DNA from: Octopus sinensis
Lineage: Eukaryota
NCBI RefSeq assembly: GCF_006345805.1
Contig: NC_043021.1
Span: 23,126,001-23,190,000 of the forward strand
Direction: 5' to 3'
Length of the DNA stretch: 64,000 nt
Shown: piece by piece, positions 55,793 to 64,000 of the stretch
Layout: each line of letters begins with the position of its first letter
How positions within the stretch are numbered: the stretch's first letter is position 1
Position numbers and translations under genes: made by a program
The notes under the pieces: generated by a model
The model's input: only the letters and a program-made list of their open reading frames with translations
The model's database searches: none
What the model was told of the DNA's origin: nothing

Positions 55793-57429
55793 CGTGTATG
55801 CGTGTGTGTGTGTGCGTAATGTCTTCAGTTGCCGCTTCTTATATTGTTTTTTTTTTCTTTTCTTGACATTTCTGCTAATGTCAACAACACAGAGAGCTGT
55901 TGTGTGTGTTTCTGGAGTTTATTGAAGTGATATGATGATGTTTTTGTGGGCCATGATTTTATATATTGTGTTGTTTTCCTATTGTTTAAACGACAAGAAA
56001 AATGGCGTTTACTAGTAAGACTCCCCGGAAGGCATATAATCATTGTTGTTATATATCAGAATATACGAACAATTTTGAAATGTCATTCACACGCAGGCGG
56101 TTCAGAATACCATTTCGAAAATGATTATTCACAATGCATTTTAAACACTTTATACGTACATTTACTGCAGACAGGAAATTTTCCATCTATATTTATACAT
56201 ATATATATATGTATATATATACATGTACATTAATATCATACACATACACACACACACACTTATATATATATATATATATGTATACATGTACACACACTCA
56301 CATATATATATATATACATGCATACAAAGAATATTTTGTCTCTCCCTCTCATTCAAACTCTATCCATATACTTTTGTATATTATACACATACACATATAT
56401 AATTATATATACATCTTTATATATAAAGTTACACACACACACTCACACACACACACACAAACACACGCACATATATATATTTATTCACGTATGTCTTACT
56501 TGGTGGCTGATTAACTTTATGTTTACCAATTCCAGGTGTAGATTAGGCTCAGCCTGTGATAATCCTGATAATAACCAAATTACACTTATTTTGTAAGCAT
56601 TGCGTGTGTCGAATTTTCACGCACACAGACGCAGTCCCATATATACACATAAATATTGACACACACACCGACAAAACGAGTATGAGGAATAATTTAAAGC
56701 TAGACGCTTTTATTGTTACTATTTTAATAATAAACAGCAAAAAGCTGTTTATTATTTAGTTAGAGTTATCTAATATTTACTGAAAGCAAACAATTATCAA
56801 TATCTCTATTGTCTAGAATATTCTTATAAATTCCAATTTTATATATTGCCTTTATGAAAATATGATTTTCAATGTCGACTAATTTTACTTTCCTGCAAGC
56901 GTCTTTTACAATTTCAAAATCGAACATAGCAAATTTAAGGGTTTACTTATTGCTTTCTATATTGTTTTCCATCCCTACATTGTTTGTATATTTTCGATTG
57001 TATATTCCGTTGCTGAAACTTCTATTGTACCTGGTATCTTAGCTCATATGATGAAGGGGTAGAAAAAAGAGTATTATTACATCTCTAGTTGTGTGTTTAT
57101 ATATTCTTTTAATAGTTATTTATAATGAAACATAGAAATGTATTGTATGAACGGAAAGGAAATAAGTTATACAATCATCAACAGTAAGTATTTTAATATG
57201 ATTTTTTTTTCATTACCTCCACTAACAATTTTATGATGCTGTTAAAAAAATTCGCTTTGAACATCGGAGTTTCTGTGTCTGCAATATTTAAAAAACGAAA
57301 ACATTTTTTAATAACAAACCAGCGATCGAAATTTTTATCAATAAACAATATGCATTGCTCCACGTACACTTCACATGAAAACGAAATATACTCATATACA
57401 AAAGAAATGGTATTCCTGTACAATTATTA

Positions 57430-58260
57430 TATAAAAATTGTATGTTTGGTTGGTCGTTTACTCTCCAGGTGCATAGGTACGGGTTCAGTCCCACTCCGAG
57501 TGTCTTCTACAGTAGCACGGAGTTGACCAAAGCGATGTAGTTGGTTTTGGAAGAGGAAAACTGAAAGAAAACAGACACAAAGAGACTCACATGCATTCAC
57601 ACATACAGACACAGAGATTCGCACAAACACACACACATACATTCACAAAAATAGACAGACACACACATTCACACGCATACACATATACACATTCACACAG
57701 ATGCACACCGACAGACAGTGACACACACACACATTCAAATACACTAACACAGACTCACAGACACACAGACACACACCCAGATATTTGCACAGATACACAC
57801 ACACATTTACACACAGACACATATACACATTCGTACACATGCACACCGACAGACAGTGACACACACACACATTCAAACAGACACACACAGACTCACAGAC
57901 ATAGACACAAACATTCATACAGACACATATATTCACACACACACATACACATACACATTCACACAGATAGACAAACGCACAGACACTTTCAAACAGACAC
58001 ACACAGTCACATACGCCCATAGAGACAGACATACACACACATACACACACATACACATACACATACACATTCACACACAGACTCACACATACTTCCATGT
58101 ATCCATGTGTTTGTTCCCCGCTTGACATCCAGTATTGCTCTTTGGCATTTACGTAAATTATCTTTTCGGCCAATAAAATAAAAGCAAGCGCAGGGAAACG
58201 TAGTTCTGAGGCTGATTTGTTCGACTAAACCACTCCAGTATGGCCGCAGTCTATTGAGAG
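57430..58260 (+). mobile_element. Old SINE family C copy with about 520-bp internal CA-rich expansion
   Basis: 5' half (gggttcagtcccact...gtgtcttctac) and 3' half (ttgttcgact...ctccagtatggccgcagtc) flank 57570-58090. Confidence 0.65.
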
Positions 58261-58584
58261 ACACGAGGAACAGACATTTAACCAACAAAGTTGAGGGAAA
58301 AACCGCTTTTTCTGTCATCTACACACAGGTACACGATGCATATTTACAGAGGATGCACAATGCATTTGACTGCGGCCTTGCTGGAGCACCAGCTTAAAGG
58401 GATTTAGTCAAAAGAAACCGACCCCAGGGCTTATTCCTTCTAAACCTAGTTCTTATTCTGTCGGTTACATTTGTCAAACCGTTAAGTTACGCGCACGTAT
58501 ACACACCAACATCAGACTTATTTTTTTCTCTACTAAATCCACTGAGTAGACTTTAGTCTACCCGAAGTTACTGTAGAAAACGGT

Positions 58585-58967
58585 GGAGGCGCAATGGCCC
58601 AGTGGTTAGGGCTGCGAACTCCCGGTCATAGGATCACGGTTTCGATTCCCAGACCGGGCGTTGTGAGTGTTTATTTAGCGAAAACACATAAAGCTCCACG
58701 AGGCTCCGGCAGGGGAATGTGGTGATCCCTGCTGTACTCTTTCACCACAACTTTCTCTCACTCTTACTTCATGTTTCTGTTGTACCTGTATTTCAAAGGG
58801 CCGGCCTTGTCACTCTCTGTGTCACGCTGAATATCCCCGAGAACTACGTTAAGGGTACACGTGTCTGTGGAGTGCTCAGCCACTTACACGTTAATTTCAC
58901 GAGCAGGCTGTTCCGTTGATTCGGATCAACCGGAACCCTCGTCGTCGTCACCGAGGGAGTGCTTCCA
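58585..58967 (+). mobile_element. SINE family B, full length (tail alpha)
   Basis: Perfect 12-bp TSD ctgtagaaaacg at 58571-58582 and 58968-58979. Confidence 0.95.
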
Positions 58968-59529
58968 CTGTAGAAAACGATATGACACGCTGTAGAACTG
59001 AACGAGGAACTATGTAGATGGGAATCAAACGTCTTATCAAATAAACCCGATTGCGTCTCTGTAATTATGTCAAATACAACCCAATATAAACGATTACAGC
59101 CGGACCGAAGTGCAAACGTGTAGCGTAAGCTTTCCTTTCCAAGAATATGAAAAATAAGCTAAGAGGCAAGTAAGTTCCAGCCAAGCGTTTATTCGTTAAT
59201 TACACCCTGTTTTACCAGGCAACGAAGGAGATAAATTTCTCCTTCAAGTTGCTGTATCACAATGAAAACTCTACAGCTTAGTGAGAGTTACAATTATCTT
59301 CGACGATATGAGAATATCAAGTATAATGGATGTATTAATGCGAAGTCAGCAAATATTAGAATACACCGAATGAGTAAAACTACATAATTATCATATTTAT
59401 CTGCATAACAGCAACCATTACACATACACTTGACGTTAAAGAAATGCACATAAAATATGCATGATTGTTTCATGTGAATGCAAGTGTGTAAAATTGATGA
59501 GCATTTAACCGAAAATTAAAATTCATTTG

Positions 59530-59815
59530 ATGATTTCAATTTTCGGCTCTTTGTACTTGGTCAGTTTGCCTTTGATTTTCGTGTAAGTCTCCTTCAGAAG
59601 TTATAACAGTGTCGATAAGTATACACTTCTTGTCCTTTCCGTCCTTGATAACGATGTCAGATTTGTTGACCTTTAACTCTCCGCCAATATGGACGAAAAT
59701 ATCCCGGTGCAAAGTCATAGCATTTTTATTAGCGACTGTAGTTGGCTGATGTTCATGTCATTTCTTCTTAGTTGCGTTGATCTAATAATTCATGCATATT
59801 TTCCACACTGTTTAT
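59530..59815 (-). mobile_element. Dong/R4-type LINE endonuclease-region fragment
   Basis: WKICMNY*...K*HEHQP...VNKSDIVIKDGKDKKCILID. Confidence 0.7.
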
Positions 59816-59819
59816 GCCG

Positions 59820-59863
59820 CGTTCTTCTTCTTCTTCTTCTTCTTCTTCTTCTTCTTCATTCTT

Positions 59864-59894
<31 letters not shown>

Positions 59895-60205
59895 ATTTTC
59901 TTCTTCTTCTTCTTCTTCATTTTCTTCTTCTTCTTCTTCTTCTTCTTCTTCATTTTCTTCTTCTTCTTCTTCTTCTTCTTCTTCTCATTTTCTTCTTCTA
60001 CGTCTTCTTCTTCTTCTTATTCTTCTTCTTCACCCTCTTTCTTCTTCCTCTTCTTCCTTTTTCTTCTTCTTCTTCTTCTTCTTCTTCTTCTTCTTTCTCT
60101 TCTTCCTCATCCTCCCCCTCTTCTTCTTCTTTATCTTCTTCTTTTTCTTCTTTTTCTATTTCTTCTTCTTCTTCTTCTTCTTCTTTTCTTCTCCTTCTTC
60201 TATTT
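59820..60205. repeat. (CTT)n tract
   Basis: Direct reading. Confidence 0.95.
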
Positions 60206-60215
60206 CTTATCTTAC

Positions 60216-60365
60216 CTACGTAACCCACAATAACAGGAGCATTTCTCAGTTTAAGATGCCACGTCTTTTGTATTTTAATTTCCAAAGCCATATATTTTCA
60301 TAATTTGTCGAATTCCTTTATAGATAAGTTTGGTTTTTATCAGTGGGAACACTGACATCTCTTAG
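60216..60365 (-). mobile_element. Dong/R4-type LINE fragment
   Basis: DVSVPTDKN...KEFDKL*KYMALEIKIQKTWHLK...PVIVG. Confidence 0.6.
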
Positions 60366-60367
60366 TT

Positions 60368-60571
60368 GACCTGGCAGGCTCCTTAGCACGCCGAGCGAAG
60401 TGTATGACGGTATTTCGTCTTCCATTACATTCTGAGTTCAAATTTCACCGAGGTCGATTTTGTCTCTCGTCATTTCGGGGTCGATGAATTAAGTACCAGT
60501 TGTGTACTGGAGACGATGTGATCGAGGGTCCCCTTCCACACAGAAACCAGGCCTTGTGCCTATAGTAGAAC

Positions 60572-60610
<39 letters not shown>
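60368..60610 (+). mobile_element. SINE family A variant with short tail and (AAT)n
   Basis: Family A body; tail gccttgtgcctatagtagaacg(aat)n. Confidence 0.8.
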
Positions 60611-60650
<40 letters not shown>

Positions 60651-60664
60651 CATCATCATCATCA

Positions 60665-60731
<67 letters not shown>

Positions 60732-60846
60732 TATTATTATCATTATTATTATATTATATTATTATATTATTATTATTATTATTATTTATTATTATTATTA
60801 TTATATTATTAATTATTAGTATTATTATTATTATTATTATTTTATT

Positions 60847-62182
60847 GTGCATACCTTCCTTCTTGTGACACTTGTGAAGACTGTTGAGGCAAGTGAAAAT
60901 CAAATCAAAAACAAATCAAAATAGATGAACATCATGGAATCTGTATCTTTGTGGTACCAGTGCCGGTGGCACACACTTTGTGGTACCAGTGCGGTGACAC
61001 ACATGAGAACCATCCGAACGTGGCCGTAGCCAGTTCCGCATCGACCGGCCTCCGTGCTGTGGGCACGTAACAAACACCATCCGATCATGGCCGTTCGCCA
61101 GCCTCATCTGGCACCTGTGTCGGTGGCACATAAAAACACCTTCCGAAGACCCGGCAAGACTAGTCAGTCCACCTGGGCATACCTTCCTTCCTTCTTGTGA
61201 CACTTGTGAAGACGGTTGAGGCAAGTGAAAATCAAATCAAATCAAATCAAAATAGACAAAATAGATGAACATCAATGGAATTTGTATTTGTGGTACCAGT
61301 GCCTGTGGCACACAAGAAATCCATCAGTGCCGTAGTCAGTGCGGTGGGCACATGACAAACACCATCCGATCGTGGCCGTTCGCCAGCCTCATCTAGCACC
61401 TGTGTCGGTGGCACATAAAAAACCATCCGAAGACCCGGCAAGACTAGTCAGGCCAACCATGGCCCCTACCTGGGACGTAGTCAGTCCACCTGTGCATACC
61501 TTCCTTCTTGTGACACTTGTGAAGACCTGTTGAGGCAAGTGAAAATCAAATCAAAAACAAATCAAAATAGATGAACATCAATGGAATTTGTATCTTTGTG
61601 ATACCAGTGCGGTGGCACGTGGCACATAAGAAAACCATCCGAACGTGGCCGTAGCCAGTACCGCATCGACTGGCCTCCGTGCTGTGGGCACGTAACAAGC
61701 ACCATCCGATCGTGGCCGTTTGCCAGCCTCATCTGGCACCTGTGTCGGTGGCACATAAAAACACCATCCGAGCGTGGCCGTCTGCCAGCCTCGTCTGGCA
61801 CCTGTGTCGTGGCACATAAAAACACCATCCGAGCGTGCCATCTGCCAGCCTCGTCTGGCACTGTGTCGGTGGCACATAAAAAACACCATCCGAGCGTGGC
61901 CGTCTGCCAGCCTCGTCTGGCACCTGTGTCGGTGGCACATAAAAAACACCATCCGAGCGTGGCCGTTTGTCAGCCTCGTCTGGCACCTGTGTCGGTGGCA
62001 CATAAAATCACCCACTACACTCTTGGAGTGGTTGGCGTTAGGAAGGGCATCCAGCTGTAGAAACACTGCCAGATCTGACGGACTGGTGCAGCTTTCGGGC
62101 TCCCCAGACCCAGTTGAACCGTCCAACCATGCTAGCATGGAAAGCGGACGTTAAATGATGATGATGATGATGATGATGATGA
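60847..62182 (+). mobile_element. Nested tandem retro-element with (GAT)n tail
   Basis: Three 320-330-bp units (60847, 61175, 61492), five 61-63-bp subunits (61700-62007), tail ggcgttaggaagggcatccagc...ggacgttaaa(tga)n. Confidence 0.8.
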
Positions 62183-62859
62183 TTCTTATATTATTATTAT
62201 TATTATTATTATTGCTGCTGCTGTTGTTGGTGGTGTCGGTGGTGGTGTTGTCAATATAACTTCTTCTCCTCATAATTTTATTATTAAGTCGAATGAATGG
62301 AATCTAGGAATACGTGAAACAATGAACGTTCCAATGGTTAACTAACTAAAGCAAAAGAATCGGCACAAAAAAAATAAAGAAAATAATGGATATAAATAGG
62401 TATTCTGGAAAAACGAAAAGCGAAAAAGCAAAAAAAAAAAATAAATAACAAAACAAAACAAACGAAGAAGAAAATATCATAAGTCTTAGGAAAGAAGCTT
62501 CCTGCAGAATCAGTGCTATTGAAAAGATGGTAAAAGCCGAGAATTACGGAAATTATATATACTGTGGAACTCCAACGTGTCTTCTTCTACGTTGGTCTTC
62601 CTGAATTAAAAACAGAAAGAATTAAAGAGAAGAAGATAATACCGATAAAATATGAGGCACCTGCTAACACAATACAATGCCAAAAGGAGAGGAAAAAAAA
62701 GAAAGAGAAGAAGAAGGAAAAGGAACCGTTGGGAAATGTTAGTATAATCTTCATTGTGAAACTGTTCTTAATAAACCAGGACAGGTAGATTAGAGGTATC
62801 GTAATGTAATACTGCGGTAATGGAGTCGAAGCATGAACTAGTTATGATGTAGATGTTGT

Positions 62860-63158
62860 TGTTGCTGTTGATGATGATGTTGATGCTTGGTGTCGAGGCT
62901 GTGGTTGTTGTGGTGGTTGTTGTTGCTGGTGGTAGTGTTTGTTGTTGCTGCTTTTTTTTTTAAAACTCTTCTGCTTTCTTTCCTGCTACCTCTTCACCTT
63001 CTTCACCTTCTTCACCTTCTTCACCTTCTTCTTCTTCCTCTTCTTCGTCTTCTTCTTCTACTTCTTCTTCTTCTTCTTCTTCTCCTTATTCATCATCATC
63101 ATCATCATCATCATCATCTTCTTCTTCCTCTCCTTATTCATCATCATCATCATCATCA

Positions 63159-63209
<51 letters not shown>

Positions 63210-63360
63210 TTCTTCTTCTTCTTCTTCTTCTTCTTCTTCTTTCTTCTTTTTCTTCTTGCGCGCCTCCGCCTCGTCCACATCATGATCATCATCGTCGTCA
63301 TCATCATGATCAGGATCATAATCATGATCATGATCATGATCATCATCACAATCATCAGCT
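62860..63360. repeat. Compound (GTT)n/(CTT)n/(CAT)n tract
   Basis: Direct reading. Confidence 0.9.
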
Positions 63361-63909
63361 TCTCTGCCCCCGTATTTACTTTAAGAATTGGATCGGCCAG
63401 TCAACAGCGTTCCTGCCATGAGCATCCACAATTTTAATGTCCTCTTTCTAAATTACAGTAATTTATATATTTGAGGGTGATCTGCTTTCCGTTTCTAAGA
63501 GTTCGTGCTACCGCGTAGAATTTAAATGATGAACATTTTCATCACCGAACAGATGCTTCAAGAGCTACCTACACCTTCGTAGGTGACAGGTGTTTCTCGT
63601 TAACTCATATGCTGAATATCATATCAAGTAGCTTTCTACAACAATAATAACATTGCGGACAAGCGTTGTAACAACGTGTTATCACATCAAACAATCGTTG
63701 GTGATTTTCTACTACATCCGAAGAAAGATATCTTTATAACCGCTTAGGCGCTAGCCCTCCTCTCCATGGGTCCTTTTCTGGGTAGTCGTTGGTGGTGAGG
63801 TTTTTACGATGTCACAGTATAAACCGTAACTCATATAAACGAAAGGTTGTATTCTTTGGTAAGCCGGTTCTCACGCAGCACTAGTAGAGCGGGAAAGGAA
63901 GTAATTTGC

Positions 63910-63987
63910 TGAAGAACGCCGGTTGCGGAATCGAACCAACGGTCTGGCGATCGTGAGTGCAACACTCTAACCACTGGGCCACGTGCT
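63910..63987 (-). mobile_element. tRNA-like SINE head fragment
   Basis: Reverse complement reads gcacgtggcccagtggttagag...ggttcgattccg. Confidence 0.6.
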
Positions 63988-64000
63988 ATCGCAATGGCTT

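Noticed and set aside
61700-62007. CRISPR-like periodic repeats with hairpins
   Set aside because: No unique spacers, no cas genes, eukaryotic context.
63380-63900. Possible decayed RTE end (PKR-YKD)
   Set aside because: Only a few residues match, across a frameshift.

Overview
AT-rich, microsatellite-saturated eukaryotic non-coding DNA (long intron or intergenic). The SINE families and (TA)n/(GAA)n/(AAT)n density point to an octopus-type cephalopod (inferred, not database-checked). No long intact gene, rRNA, true tRNA or CRISPR array is present, and most listed ORFs are microsatellite translations. Supported content: about 30 copies of four tRNA-derived SINE groups (several with TSDs, two as tandem multimers); two decayed Helitron helicase fragments, one with its hairpin+CTAG end; three Dong/R4-type LINE fragments; CR1/L2 and RTE 3' fragments; a Tc1/mariner-type MITE; a possible solo LTR and Merlin remnant; a 100-N gap; and a few short candidate exons, mostly on the minus strand. 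The most unusual signals are a thrice-repeated minimal hammerhead-like fold with a non-canonical core, SINE multimers sharing one junction, and SINE head/tail module swapping. None establishes a new biological system without follow-up.
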